A DNA stretch of 64,000 bases from an uncultured Verrucomicrobiae bacterium (GTDB lineage Bacteria > Verrucomicrobiota > Verrucomicrobiia > Chthoniobacterales > Terrimicrobiaceae): NCBI GenBank assembly GCA_963706955.1, contig CAVPOC010000003.1, positions 160,001 to 224,000 on the forward strand, written 5' to 3'. Positions 11,130 through 22,148 of this stretch are shown here, piece after piece. The first letter of the stretch is position 1. Each line of letters begins with the position of its first letter. The translations under genes were made by a program, and so were the position numbers. The notes below the pieces were generated by a model. The model saw only the letters and a list, made by a program, of their open reading frames with translations, had not been told where the DNA came from and made no database searches.

Positions 11130-11990
11130 ATGATTCACGAATCACCCAACTTTCTTGCCCAACTGACGGGTTGCTTTGCTAAGCCCGTTGCTGAAAATCC
11201 CACCGTAGCCATGGTGGAAGCCGCCTACCACCATCACGGGCTAAACTGGCGTTACATCAACTGCGAAGTCCCGCCTGAACTTCTCGGCGACGCCGTGCGT
11301 GGCGCAAAGGCAATGGGATGGGCGGGCTTCAACTGCTCGATCCCCAATAAGATTGCCGTGATCCAATATCTGGACGACCTCGGCGAGTCAGCACAGATCA
11401 TCGGTGCCGTGAACACCGTTGTGCGCCGCGATGACCGATATATCGGCGAGAACACCGATGGGCGCGGCTTCGTCATGGCGCTGCGAAACATCGTCGATCC
11501 CACCGGGAAGACCGTTGTCCTCTTCGGGGCTGGTGGAGCGGCTCGGGCGGTCGCCGTCGAAATGGCGCTCGCGGGCGCTGCACGTGTCTTGATAATCAAC
11601 CGTAACCGAACGCGAGCGGAGGAACTGGCTCGGCTCTTAAATGATAAAACGCCCGCTAAAGCGGAAGCGCTCGCCTGGCCCGCGCAATACCGCGTGCCGG
11701 ACACGGCCGACATCGTCATCAACAACACCTCCGTCGGACTCTATCCCGAGGTCGACGCCCGGCTCGATGTGGATGTCGATTCGCTAAAGCCGCACATGGT
11801 GGTCGCCGATGGCATCCCAAACCCGCCGCGGACGTGCTGGATTCGCGACGCCGAAGCGCGCGGTTGCCGTGTCATGGACGGACTCGCGATGCTCATCGCC
11901 CAAGGAATTATCGGCATCAAATACTGGACGGGAATCGACGCGGATGCCGCCGTCATGCGTAAGGCACTCGAAGAAGCGCTTTCACTTTGA
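11130..11990 (+). CDS. aroE: Shikimate (quinate/shikimate) dehydrogenase
   Basis: GFNCSIPNK, IGAVNTVV, GENTDGRGF, GAGGAARA, INRN and DGLAMLIAQG motifs. Confidence 0.9.
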   Translation: MIHESPNFLAQLTGCFAKPVAENPTVAMVEAAYHHHGLNWRYINCEVPPELLGDAVRGAKAMGWAGFNCSIPNKIAVIQYLDDLGESAQIIGAVNTVVRRDDRYIGENTDGRGFVMALRNIVDPTGKTVVLFGAGGAARAVAVEMALAGAARVLIINRNRTRAEELARLLNDKTPAKAEALAWPAQYRVPDTADIVINNTSVGLYPEVDARLDVDVDSLKPHMVVADGIPNPPRTCWIRDAEARGCRVMDGLAMLIAQGIIGIKYWTGIDADAAVMRKALEEALSL

Positions 11991-12268
11991 TTTCTTCGTA
12001 GCGCGAGTTTAGCCGCTTATTTCCTGGCTTCCCCTGTGCCGGCCAACCAGAACACCGGAACCAGGCAGGAAAGTGCCACAAACGGGTTGCTTTCTCGCTA
12101 CCGGACGATTCCACATTTTTTCTCGTAACGTTGTTGCCATTGGGAAGGAGTCCGGGGCCACACCCGGCGCGGCTCTCCAGGTGAACGGAAGATCGGGACG
12201 AACACGGGTTCAGGCTTGTTGCGGGCGTCGTTCTGCTCCGGCATCTCGCCGCCTTTTTCGAGCGGTTG

Positions 12269-12916
12269 TTAGCCCGCATCCGTCTGATTGCGGCTGCGAA
12301 ATTCATCTCGCAGAGACGAGGAAAGCGCGGATAACTGACTCGCTGTGCGCAACAGTTCTCTGTTTCGCAGATTCCGGCCGAATAGACTGGCAATATCCGC
12401 CACCGTGATTTTCTGCGGGTCTTGTCCAAGCAACTGAATGAGGTCGCCCGCGGTGACCGTCCCCTCTTCCAGAACTGCGAAGTAGAAACCACTCCTTTCA
12501 CTCCGCAGGAACCGTTTAACGATATCCGCCCGCCCCAGGCGTATGCCGAGTTTAAAGCAGGGCAGTCGAGGCTGGGTGATGACAAATCGCGCGGACCCGA
12601 TCTGAAGAGTATCGCCGATGTGAACAGCGGTCTCCAGCAATCCTTCTGTGGTGAGGTTTTCGCCGAATGCTCCCCACGTTATCTCCAGATCAGGAAATTC
12701 CTTCCGCCAAAAGCTGTAGTGCTCAGATGGGTAGGCATAGACGGCCTTGTCCACACCACCATGCACTGTCAGGTCGGACTGCTTATCTCCTTCCAAGTTA
12801 AGCTTGAAGACCCGCACTGAGCCGTTTTGGGGCGACTTAAAGATCGAAGTTCGAATGAGTTTACCCTTCCATTCGACCTCGCGTGGGCCGCCGACGTTGA
12901 CAGACAAGATTTTCAT
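12269..12916 (-). CDS. MOSC domain protein (YiiM-like)
   Basis: GDKQSDLTVHGGVDKAVYAY, FGENLTTEG, QPRLPCFKL and RSGFYFAVLEEG. Confidence 0.9.
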   Translation of the reverse strand: MKILSVNVGGPREVEWKGKLIRTSIFKSPQNGSVRVFKLNLEGDKQSDLTVHGGVDKAVYAYPSEHYSFWRKEFPDLEITWGAFGENLTTEGLLETAVHIGDTLQIGSARFVITQPRLPCFKLGIRLGRADIVKRFLRSERSGFYFAVLEEGTVTAGDLIQLLGQDPQKITVADIASLFGRNLRNRELLRTASQLSALSSSLRDEFRSRNQTDAG

Positions 12917-13155
12917 CTGATCAGACAATCGCCCGCGATCGCTCTCCTTCAAGGCGCGAGCAGCACGGCTTTGCTCTCACTCTCCATCGTGCTTGAGTTC
13001 AGGCGCGCGGATGGACCTGCCAGCGTTCACATCGATGGTTGCATCAATTACGTAAGAAGAAAGATCCGGCGGGATTTGGTGATGACTTAACTGCGATGCG
13101 ATGTATTGAGACGACTGAACTGCGCCGCGGTCCTTTACCACGGCCAAGGGCAGCA

Positions 13156-13380
13156 TCACTTTGTGAGGTATTCTTTGTAGTTCTCCAGGGTGACAGGCTC
13201 GAACGGGATCCAAACAAAGGAGTCAACCTTTTCGCCCTTGATGAGTTTGACTGCCGTTTCCACCGCCCCATAGCCCTGACCCTTGGCGTCTTGAAAGACG
13301 GTCACGTCCAGATTGCCCTTCTCCATTTCAGCGAGGGCATCCGCAGTCGCGTCAATGCCGGCGACGACCACCTTCTTGGC
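13156..13380 (-). pseudogene. 3' fragment of a sugar ABC substrate-binding protein, paralogous to the C-terminus of 36025-36952
   Basis: VAGIDATADALAEMEKGNLDVTVFQDAKGQGYGAVETAVKLIKGEKVDSFVWIPFEPVT closely matches the end of the 36 kb protein; no N-terminal part upstream. Confidence 0.8.
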
Positions 13381-13596
13381 GCTGTTTACGATTGGCAGGC
13401 GGAACCTAGAAGGTATTGCACGGCGGCTCCGCTGTAGTTAGGGTGGCTGGTTTATTGGCCGCGCAGCCGAGGGTCGGGAGCGAACCACCGCGCGCCCGGA
13501 GTCGTAGCGTTGAAGAGAGAGTTTTTTCACATGGGTAGAGGTTGATGAGGCGGAATGCGATGTTTTATGATGTAATATTAAGTTTATACGAGTTAC

Positions 13597-13625
13597 TTGA
13601 CACCATAAATATGATGTTATATAAT
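13597..13625 (+). promoter_or_regulatory. Consensus sigma70 promoter of the iolG operon
   Basis: TTGACA (13597-13602), 17-nt spacer, TATAAT (13620-13625), in an AT-rich island 81 nt before iolG. Confidence 0.85.
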
Positions 13626-13706
13626 CAAAACGTCAAATAAAAATATGTATTCGCATCACTCCTACCATCATAAGAACTCAAACATCTGCCGAATTGGAGG
13701 GGAGCG

Positions 13707-14721
13707 ATGATTGGGCTGGCCCTTTTAGGTGCTGGTCGAATGGCCAAGGTGCACGCCGAAGCTATCTCAGCAGCAGGCGCGAGACTTGTAACCGTATTCG
13801 ACGTTTCCGCCGCCGCCGCGAACTCTCTGGCTTCGAAAGCTGGCGCATCGGTGGCTCAGACAGCGGAAGAAGCTCTCAACCATCCTGAGGTCGCAGCAGT
13901 TCTTATAGCGACGTCATCGGACACTCACGCCAAGTTCGTCATCGAGGCGGTTCAGGCGGGAAAGGCCGTTATGTGCGAGAAGCCGCTGGCGCCGACTCTC
14001 GCGGAGGCGCAACAGTGCGTGGATGCGTTGGGCGATCGCGCCGGAAGCGTTTTCCTGGCCTTCAATCGGCGGTTTGATCCCGGACACGCTGCAGTCAAGC
14101 AGGCCATCGAGAATGGCGAGATTGGCAATCTTGAACAACTGACGATTACCAGCCGCGACCCCTACCCACCCCCGCTCGAGTATGTTCCGAAGTCCGGCGG
14201 CCTCTTCCGCGACATGATGATTCACGACTTCGACATGGCCCGGTGGATGCTCGGCGAGGAACCGATTAATATTCATAGCCGTGGCAGCTGCCTGGTTGAT
14301 CCGGAGGTTGGCAAACTCGGCGATATCGACACGGCCTGCGTAACCATGATTACGGCGAGCGGAAAGCAGGCGGTCATCCTCAACTCGCGGCGAACTGCGT
14401 ATGGCTTTGATCAGAGGATCGAGGCTTTCGGCTCGGGGGGCATGGTCATGTCCGATAATCCCCAGGCCACCGGCTTCAAGCGATTTTCGAGCACAGAGCT
14501 TCGGCGCCCCCGATCGCTTTCGCGCCTTCTTTATGGAGCGCTATGGCGACAGCTATCGGTTGGAAATTGAGGCGTTTGTCAATGGCTTGGTTCAAGGCCA
14601 ACCGGCATCTGTAAGTGCCATTGACGGGCTGAAGGCCGTCTACTTGGCAGAAGCCGCCGGAGCATCTCTTCGACTCGGAAAAGCTATAGAATTGAAACCA
14701 AACTGTGAAATTACCTGGTAA
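13707..14721 (+). CDS. iolG: Inositol 2-dehydrogenase (Gfo/Idh/MocA), frameshift near 14495
   Basis: LLGAGRMA, CEKP, FNRRFDP, SGGLFRDMMIHDFDMARW; C-terminus (FFMERYGDSY...DGLKAVYLAEAA) in ORF 14401-14721; GGAGG RBS. Confidence 0.85.
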
Positions 14722-15518
14722 TGAATGATGACTCTTTCTTAAGGAACAAGACAACCACCGCAATCATCACCGGAGGAGCCCAAGGTTTGGGTTTCGCCAT
14801 CGCCGAACGGCTCGCCCGGGAGGGCGCGCGTGGCCTCATTCTCAGCGGGCGAAGCGTCGACAAAGGAGAGAAGGCGGCAGCGAATATTCAATCTCAGGGC
14901 ACGGATTGTATCTTCGTAAAGGCTGACGTCTCGAGCGCACAAGATTGCGCCAAACTAGTCGCCAAGGCTCTCGAGCGCTTTGGCTCGGTCAACGGCTTAG
15001 TCAACGCCGCGGCCTTGCCGGACCGCGGGACGCTCCTGGATACAACTCCCGAACTTCTGGACCGGATGTTCCGGACCAACGTGTCCGGGCCCTTCCTTTT
15101 GATGCAGGGCGTGGTCCGGCATTTGACCGAGACCGGCCAACCGGGAAGCATTGTCAATATCCTCTCGATGGTGGTGCACTGCGGCCAGTCCTATCTGGCG
15201 CCTTATTCCGCCTCAAAGGGAGCTCTTGCTACACTGACCAAGAATGTCGCCAATGCTTACGCGGCCAATCGTGTCCGCTGCAACGGAATACTCACCGGCT
15301 GGATGGACACGCCGGGTGAGAGCGCCACGCAGCAGAAATTTCATGGCGGAGGCGAAGATTGGTTGGCAAAAGCCGAGGCAGAACAGCCCATGGGCCAACT
15401 GGTGAAACCGCATCAAGTTGCTGGATTGGTTGCTTACCTCCTGAGTCCAGAATCGGGCGTAATAACCGGAGCTTTGATAGATTATGATCAGCGCGTCTCT
15501 GGAGCCTACCCGGAGTAG
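14721..15518 (+). CDS. SDR-family oxidoreductase coupled to iolG
   Basis: TGGAQGLG and YSASK; start overlaps the iolG stop. Confidence 0.9.
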   Translation: MNDDSFLRNKTTTAIITGGAQGLGFAIAERLAREGARGLILSGRSVDKGEKAAANIQSQGTDCIFVKADVSSAQDCAKLVAKALERFGSVNGLVNAAALPDRGTLLDTTPELLDRMFRTNVSGPFLLMQGVVRHLTETGQPGSIVNILSMVVHCGQSYLAPYSASKGALATLTKNVANAYAANRVRCNGILTGWMDTPGESATQQKFHGGGEDWLAKAEAEQPMGQLVKPHQVAGLVAYLLSPESGVITGALIDYDQRVSGAYPE

Positions 15519-15561
15519 TCGCCTGCAAGGCTTTCCAGTCCCATCCAGCTCCTCATGAGCC

Positions 15562-15620
15562 TGTAGCGGCGATGTCCCCATCGCCGACCATACCTCGACG
15601 GTGGGGACACCGCCGCTACA
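15562..15620. repeat. GTAG-type REP doublet (inverted)
   Basis: TGTAGCGGCGATGTCCCCATCGCC ... GACGGTGGGGACACCGCCGCTACA. Confidence 0.75.
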
Positions 15621-15708
15621 AAAGAGGTGAGTTGCGTACGCGCACCATGAAGTAATATGAGGTTCTATGAGTTGACGTTTTGCTGTTCCTTATCATACTC
15701 TTCAGCGG

Positions 15709-16746
15709 ATGAGAACTCGGGCGAGACCCTCGATTGAGGAAATCGCGAAGTTGAGCGGCTGCAGCAAGGCCACCGTCGATCGGGTTCTTCACGGGCGGGC
15801 CGGAGTCCACCCGCGAACGCGAGACAAAGTGAACCAGGCGCTCGGCCAGCTCGACGCCGAATATGAACTCAGAACGGTCAGGCCCTTTGACGCCTCGTCG
15901 GTATCTGGGACCTCCCGGCACATTGGGTTTATCATCCAGTCCGGCCAAGCGTTTACGGAGTCTTTCTTGGCGACTATCGAGAAGCAGTCAAGTAGTGAAC
16001 GGACAGTGGAATTGAAGGGTTTGGGCGCCGCCTCCGATGAGGCGGTGATTGAAGCGATCACGGGCTGGGCCTCTGACTTCGATGGACTTGCCATAGTCTG
16101 CAAGAACATGCCCCAGATTATTGATGAGCTGAAACGCCTTCGGCAGACGGGAGTGCGCGTGATGGCTCTGGTTTCGGATATTGAATCATCCGCTCGTTCG
16201 GCCTATCTGGGAATTGATAACCGAGCGGCTGGCAACGTCGCTGCCTACCTGATGGGTCGCCACTTGGACCGGCGTTCAGGTGCCCAGGTGGCCGTGGTCG
16301 TGGGGAGCTTTTCCTACCGCTGCCATGAAGATCGCGAAATCGGGTTCCGTTCGATTATGCGGCAGCAGTTTGACAGCGTCGAAGTCCTGGAGGTCATCAA
16401 AGGCGAGGACTCCGACGAAGCCACCTATGATGCCGCTCGAAAACTATTCGGAGCCAGGCCGAACATTGTCGGCGTCTACAATGTCGCCGGTGGCAATCGC
16501 GGATTGGCTCAAGCGGTGGGCGAGTTGCAGCACGCGTATCGCCCCGTTTACATTACCCACGAATTAAACCGGGTCACCGAACCTCTCCTGCGCACAGAAC
16601 AAATCGATTACCTGATCGTCCAAGACCTCGATGAAATGATTCGTCGCGCTACTCAGTTCATGCGCGAAATCCCTGCGGATGATCGTGGTGTCCACGCCCT
16701 CGAGCACGTTCGTTTCCACCTTTTAACGCAGTTCAATATTGGCTAA
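15709..16746 (+). CDS. LacI-family transcriptional regulator
   Basis: N-terminal HTH PSIEEIAKLSGCSKATVDRVLHGR plus a periplasmic-binding-type sensor (YLGIDNRAAG). Confidence 0.92.
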   Translation: MRTRARPSIEEIAKLSGCSKATVDRVLHGRAGVHPRTRDKVNQALGQLDAEYELRTVRPFDASSVSGTSRHIGFIIQSGQAFTESFLATIEKQSSSERTVELKGLGAASDEAVIEAITGWASDFDGLAIVCKNMPQIIDELKRLRQTGVRVMALVSDIESSARSAYLGIDNRAAGNVAAYLMGRHLDRRSGAQVAVVVGSFSYRCHEDREIGFRSIMRQQFDSVEVLEVIKGEDSDEATYDAARKLFGARPNIVGVYNVAGGNRGLAQAVGELQHAYRPVYITHELNRVTEPLLRTEQIDYLIVQDLDEMIRRATQFMREIPADDRGVHALEHVRFHLLTQFNIG

Positions 16747-16935
16747 AGGATTCTTCAGTGTCCAAGCGCGCCTGCGAGTTTCGGCTTCGCCTCGACTTTA
16801 ACGCTCGCGCGGGCACTCGAGAACTGGAAGAGGGTTGAGCGTCGAGGGGAAAAATCCAAATTCTTCGCAACAAATCGGGGTGACCGGATTGCATTGTGCG
16901 CGCACCCGACTGCGGCCCTGTCGTCTTAAAATTCA

Positions 16936-17310
16936 TTAGCCGGATTCGCCTTCGGCAGGCGAATCGAACATCTGACGAACCTCCACTTCGCCCTCCCAGA
17001 CCGGCCAATGCTCCTTGTAGAGCTGCAGAAATTGGGACGCTCGTGCGACCGCTTCTTGCTTCGACGCCACTTTGTATATGGCGTAGGCACTGATCAGCTC
17101 TTTGGATTCGGCGAAAGGCCCGTCGGAGATAGTCAGTTTCCCTGCCGAAAGGCGAACCCGAGCCCCCATCGCGCTCGGAAACAGACCGCCGGCCGAGACG
17201 AGCCAACCGGTCCCTAACGCCTCTTGTCCGAACTTGGCGATCGCATTCAAGAGCGCCTTCGGGGGTGGGCCTGCGTTTTCCGTAGACTTGATCAGGTTCA
17301 TGAATCGCAT
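16936..17310 (-). CDS. YciI-family protein
   Basis: GGLFPSA..RVR, DGPFAESKELISAYAI, EVEVRQMF. Confidence 0.85.
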   Translation of the reverse strand: MRFMNLIKSTENAGPPPKALLNAIAKFGQEALGTGWLVSAGGLFPSAMGARVRLSAGKLTISDGPFAESKELISAYAIYKVASKQEAVARASQFLQLYKEHWPVWEGEVEVRQMFDSPAEGESG

Positions 17311-17344
17311 GTTCGATTTCTCCCTGCGGGTTTCAGGTTAATGA

Positions 17345-17773
17345 TTAGATGTGTGTCCTAGGACGCAGCTGAGTTCGCAGAGGAATTAATTCGCGCAGAC
17401 GTTCATCGCGCAAGAAAAGCCCTCCCCATAGCAGCGCGCCGAAAATGACTGGGAAGAGGACCTCAAACGGGGCGGCACTGACACGAACGTGCGTGGCGAC
17501 GGCGCCGCCCAGATAGCCGGTCAACAGGATAGCGCCAAGCACGGCGGTGCGCGGGATCAAGTAGAGGACCGTAGAGGCGAGCAAGACGATCCCGAGGCCC
17601 AAAATAACGCTCTCGGGGTATCCGAGCTGAACGGTCGTCTCCATGACAATGGCCGGCTTCAGCAGTTTCATGACGCCGTCCATGAGCAGGAACAGGGATG
17701 GCAGGGTGCCTATAATCCATCCAGCCCACAGCATCCTTTTGGAGACGGACGGATCTTGCGTATCCAATTGCAT
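17345..17773 (-). CDS. DoxX-family membrane protein
   Basis: FLLMDGVMKL, LYLIPRTAVLGAILLTGYLGGAVATHVR, WGGLFLRD. Confidence 0.85.
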   Translation of the reverse strand: MQLDTQDPSVSKRMLWAGWIIGTLPSLFLLMDGVMKLLKPAIVMETTVQLGYPESVILGLGIVLLASTVLYLIPRTAVLGAILLTGYLGGAVATHVRVSAAPFEVLFPVIFGALLWGGLFLRDERLRELIPLRTQLRPRTHI

Positions 17774-17791
17774 GGCTGCACCGTAACGCCG

Positions 17792-18499
17792 TCAAAAGAA
17801 CCCTGTCTTGTATAAATACGACAGCTGCTTATCCCCGCGAACAATTTGTGCAGGCGTTTGTCCGATCAAGTATTTGAGCGACCGGGTGAGATGCGCTTGA
17901 TCGAAATAGCCGGCTTCTGGAACCGTATCGAGAATTGAGACGCCTTGTTTCAAGAGATTAGCCGCCTGTCGAGCGCGTTCGATTTGACGAATTGTGCTGT
18001 GGGTCATGCCCGTCGCTTGCAGAAAATGCCGCTGTGCGGTTCGGATTGACATTTTTTGCCGTCGACCTTGCAGCGCAACCTTTACGGGGAGGTCAACCGC
18101 AACCAACCCATCATGCACAAGCCGGTTCACGAAGTTTTCCGCATTCTCAAAGTCAGGGTATTCCCAGGCAGAGCCATTCAACCAGAAGGATCGGCCCGTC
18201 GCTTCCGGCAAGGTTACATCCCTTCGATCGAGGAGATTTCTCGCGGGCAAATGTGGCATGAATGTGCCCAGCTTGAAGCGGATACCAAGCCACTCACCTT
18301 CTGCCGGACAGTCCAGCGTGGCCGCATTTGTTTCTGGTCCCCGCACGGTGAGAGTTGTCCTGCCATTGTGACGCGTCACGACCATCTCCCAATGACTCGC
18401 GGCGATCGAAAGAAATGTGCCGGCGCGTTCACTGTGACAACGCCAAATCCTTTCAACAAAAGGCGAGTCCGATGGCCTATCATCGAAGATAAGGAACAT
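17792..18499 (-). CDS. AraC-family HTH protein with DUF6597-like N-terminus
   Basis: RPSDSPFVERIWR, WLGIRFKLGTF; C-terminal GYFDQAHLTRSLKYLIGQTP. Confidence 0.85.
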   Translation of the reverse strand: MFLIFDDRPSDSPFVERIWRCHSERAGTFLSIAASHWEMVVTRHNGRTTLTVRGPETNAATLDCPAEGEWLGIRFKLGTFMPHLPARNLLDRRDVTLPEATGRSFWLNGSAWEYPDFENAENFVNRLVHDGLVAVDLPVKVALQGRRQKMSIRTAQRHFLQATGMTHSTIRQIERARQAANLLKQGVSILDTVPEAGYFDQAHLTRSLKYLIGQTPAQIVRGDKQLSYLYKTGFF

Positions 18500-19608
18500 A
18501 CTTCTGCCAGAGCTATGCTTTCATTGGGTTTCGCAGGCGCTTGATTGCCATATGCATTCAATTATGCGACGAATGGTTTGCTCATTTTAGGACAGCGGCG
18601 GTCACCAGCGCCGTATTTTTACGGCCAAGCTTCTACTGCCGCGGCCAAAGCCGAATCCAACAGAGAGCGGCGGCGACTCGTAGGGCGAATCCAAGGAAAT
18701 CACACGATTAGCGCTTGACCGGGGCTTTCCTTCGACGCGTGCGTATCAGTTCTTGGCGAGCTGTCCGCGCATTTCCGCCGCGTATTGGTCGGCGTTGAGT
18801 CCGGTCAGCAAGTGGACGACATGTTCCGGGAAGTCTCACAATCGTCCTGGACGCCGAGCCCACCGAGAACACAGAGGGTTGACAAAGAGTTGTCAACGCG
18901 CCTCACTCGCCAAACCTTCTGGCGCAGACGGATCAGTCTCGTCGTAGGGCGCCAGAGCGAAGCTAAACAGAATCTTGGTGTTCTCTGATCCTCTGTGGTT
19001 CGGCGCCTGCTTGCAGATGCCGTAAGTGAGGCCTTGTCGCGCACGTCCCGAAGCAGACGAGGAGATATCTGCGGGCTCTCGACTAAGTGAAGCCTGCGAT
19101 GACCTAGTTAGTTGAGGCCTGCAGAGGAGATTCTTTGTGGCGCCCGCTGATAGCGTTCGTTGAGCCCTGCAGCGCTCGCCAATGGCGATACACTCCTCGC
19201 GCCAGGATCGCTCAATCTGCTCGCGAGAATAAGTACTCTTCGCATGGCTTGCCGAGTTGTTCTACTCGTTGCAAACTTGTTCTTCATATTCTTCTAACAC
19301 CACCTGGATCATCTCGTTGGCGGACACTCCTGCCGCTTCATCCAGCGCCGGTCACGGTTCCTGCGAGACGGTCAACTTCTTTATGATCGGTTACGTAGGC
19401 CGCAGGCATTCAGATCCAACAATTCTTTGCTGGGCGCGGCATCGGGTCGGTCGACTCGGACGACCAGCTAACCAGTTCGTTTCCACCTCCGAACCCAGTT
19501 CAATATCGCCTGAACTCGGAAGTCGATGGATGAGTCCGATTGCTGAGATCGGTCGCAGCCGAAGCGGCTAGACGTGGCGCCGGGCCATTAAGCGGATTAC
19601 CGTGATTC

Positions 19609-21372
19609 ATGGCTTCCTTTCGCGATGCAACGAATCTCGCAGGATTTTTTCGCGCAGCATCGCTCACCAGCTTGAAAGAACAGCAGATGATGACAGTGCA
19701 TGGAGCCGATCGTCCGGTGCTGCTTTGCTGGCACGACGGTCAGGTATTCGCGCTCGACAATCGTTGTCCGCACATGGGGTTCCCACTAAGCAAAGGGAGC
19801 CTGGACCATGGCTTGCTTACCTGCCACTGGCACCACGCCCGCTTCGACTTGCGCAGCGGGTGCACTTTCGACGTGTGGGCAGATGAAACCCCGGTCTTTG
19901 AAGTGTGCGTCGAAGGGGATGACATCTGGGTCTCCAAGGTCCCAGTCATGCGCGCCGATACGCAGTTGCATTTTGCGCGCTTGCGTCGGGGCCTGGAGGA
20001 GAACATCGGGCTGGTCCAGGCCAAAAGCATTGTCGCGTTGCTCGCGGACGGCGAGGGGGCGAAAAGTGTAATCCGGGAGATCGCCAAATTCGGTGCGCGA
20101 CACCATCGGGTGTGGGCAAATGGCATGACCATGTTAAGCTTGGTGGCTCGACTGGGTCCTTGCCTTGGCGAGACCACGCTGATCTACGCTTTGGCCGCCG
20201 CGGCGCGGACGGTTGCAGGGAATTGTGCCGGGCAGCCGATGCGACACTCTCCCGGACGCCTCCATGGCGAGGGCTATGGCGAGCAGCGCCTGAGTGAGTG
20301 GATGGTTCACTGGGCAAGGGTCCGCCACGATGAGGCTGCCGAGCGGACGTTGCTAACAGCCGTGAGCTGTGGGCTCACGAAAGAAGCGCTTAACAAGATG
20401 GTCTTCGGCACAATCCAAGAGCGGATCTATGCTGACAGTGGACACGCCCTGGATTTGTCCAACAAGGCGTTTGAGCTCCTGGAATTTATCAGCTGGAAAT
20501 ACGCAACCGAAGTCTTGCCACTCCTTGTAGAACACCTGACTCAGTCGCAATCCGCGGAAGAACGGGGAACATGGCGAGCTCCGGTCGATCTCGTGGAGCT
20601 AATTCACGGAGCCGAGGAGACCCTGCGCAAAAACTTTCGACCGACGCGGCCAGCGACCATCGGCGAGCCGGACTTCTATAACCAAATGCTTGGAGGGGAG
20701 CCGCAGGCGATTATTAGGGCCATCGTCGAAGCCGTCACTCAAGGTGTTCCGCCGGTCGAAATCGCACGACACTTGACACTCGCGGCTGCATGGCGCTTGG
20801 CACGTTTCCCAGAGTCGAACGGCATCGAAGATTGGTTTGCGCCAATGCATACGTTCTCGTTCTGCAACGCGCTTCATCGCGTGCTGGCACGAGGTGAGGC
20901 CGGACCGGAACTCGTCCGCGGCCTATTCCATGCAGCCATGTCGATCTACGCAGATCGGTTTCTCAACATCCCGAGCGCTCCGCTGCCGAGCGAGCAGCCG
21001 TTACAAGATCTGCCGACTGCGGCTGACGAGCTGCGAGAGTGCATCCTCTCAGCTCTCGACCAACGAAAGGAATGGTCTAAAGTGCCACGCCTCGCGCTCC
21101 GTTATTTGCGTCTTGGCCACCCAGAGGCAGGGTTGATTGACACACTCACTTTCGCGACCCTTCGCGAAGATCTGGACTTCCATGCTCTCCAGCTCCTCGA
21201 AGCGACCCATACCCAGGCGGCAGAATGGTCGCTAGGCAGTGCTGAGCGCGAACTGCTTTACGCGGCAAGTTGCCGGTACCTGGCTGCTCATTGTCCGACA
21301 CGACGTAGCTCAAGCCAGGCGGTGGCCGTCGCCCTGCGTCTGCATAAAGGAGAGGAAGTTTACACCGAGTAA
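19609..21372 (+). CDS. Rieske [2Fe-2S] domain fused to a long helical domain of unknown function
   Basis: NRCPHMGFPL and TCHWHHARFDL Rieske ligands in the first ~110 aa; about 470 further aa. Confidence 0.85.
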   Translation: MASFRDATNLAGFFRAASLTSLKEQQMMTVHGADRPVLLCWHDGQVFALDNRCPHMGFPLSKGSLDHGLLTCHWHHARFDLRSGCTFDVWADETPVFEVCVEGDDIWVSKVPVMRADTQLHFARLRRGLEENIGLVQAKSIVALLADGEGAKSVIREIAKFGARHHRVWANGMTMLSLVARLGPCLGETTLIYALAAAARTVAGNCAGQPMRHSPGRLHGEGYGEQRLSEWMVHWARVRHDEAAERTLLTAVSCGLTKEALNKMVFGTIQERIYADSGHALDLSNKAFELLEFISWKYATEVLPLLVEHLTQSQSAEERGTWRAPVDLVELIHGAEETLRKNFRPTRPATIGEPDFYNQMLGGEPQAIIRAIVEAVTQGVPPVEIARHLTLAAAWRLARFPESNGIEDWFAPMHTFSFCNALHRVLARGEAGPELVRGLFHAAMSIYADRFLNIPSAPLPSEQPLQDLPTAADELRECILSALDQRKEWSKVPRLALRYLRLGHPEAGLIDTLTFATLREDLDFHALQLLEATHTQAAEWSLGSAERELLYAASCRYLAAHCPTRRSSSQAVAVALRLHKGEEVYTE

Positions 21373-22148
21373 CTGTTCGAGTACGAAAACGACTATCACA
21401 GGCGAGGTGGTCTTGAACTGTTGCCGATCCTCCGGGTTCTCGGTGTCCTCTGTGGTGAGGACTTGTTTAAGGCTCCCCTCAACTCGTCCTTTCCGATATG
21501 CGCCGAGACTAGCTCCGCAATGACTCACAAACTTGAACGCAATCGTCCGGCAAATCGCGTCGCCAGCTGGCTTAGCGTTTCCTTGGGCGTATCGACCCCG
21601 ATGCAGCCAACCTGCGTATCTCAGCAACGGTCGCAGTGGCTTCAGCTAGAGCGGCGACACCAGCGGAAGAAATTCTGCTTGCGCGCCTGCGCGCGTGCGG
21701 CCATCCCCGCTGCGACTTCCGAATCACCCGCTCCAACGGCGATGAACTTTCGTAGCAGGTTCGCTGGCAGACCAGCTTGGTCTCTCGCGATCTGCGGCAC
21801 CGTCCGGCTTTTGACTTTGCGCCGCTTTGCACTGGCCGGTTCACCCGAGGCGTTAGAAGGCGTTCTCATAAAATAGTGATCGTTGCGACCATCTTGGGCG
21901 GGCATGACCTCACCCAACGATAATACGAGGAAGCTTCGCACCAGCTCTGGGTCGGGACAATGGCACTTCCGTGCTATGGCCGACTATCGTTCGCGGTCTG
22001 CGGACGATCTCGCTGCCAGCTTCGAGGAAAGTGAGCTCGAGCGCACCTTTTCGCCGGCGGGTAGCTCGGCTCGAATTCGCTGGGCGCTCGATAGAAGCAC
22101 CCCGATAAAATCGTTCGTTTACTTAGTTCGAACAGAGATTCCGACTAC

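Noticed and set aside
18500..19600. 1.1-kb gap with several short ORFs
   Set aside because: No recognisable protein or RNA motif apart from the CTCTGTG repeat pair.
21572..21941. Possible small frameshifted DNA-binding protein on the minus strand
   Set aside because: Low-complexity Ala/Arg sequence with no convincing motif or RBS.
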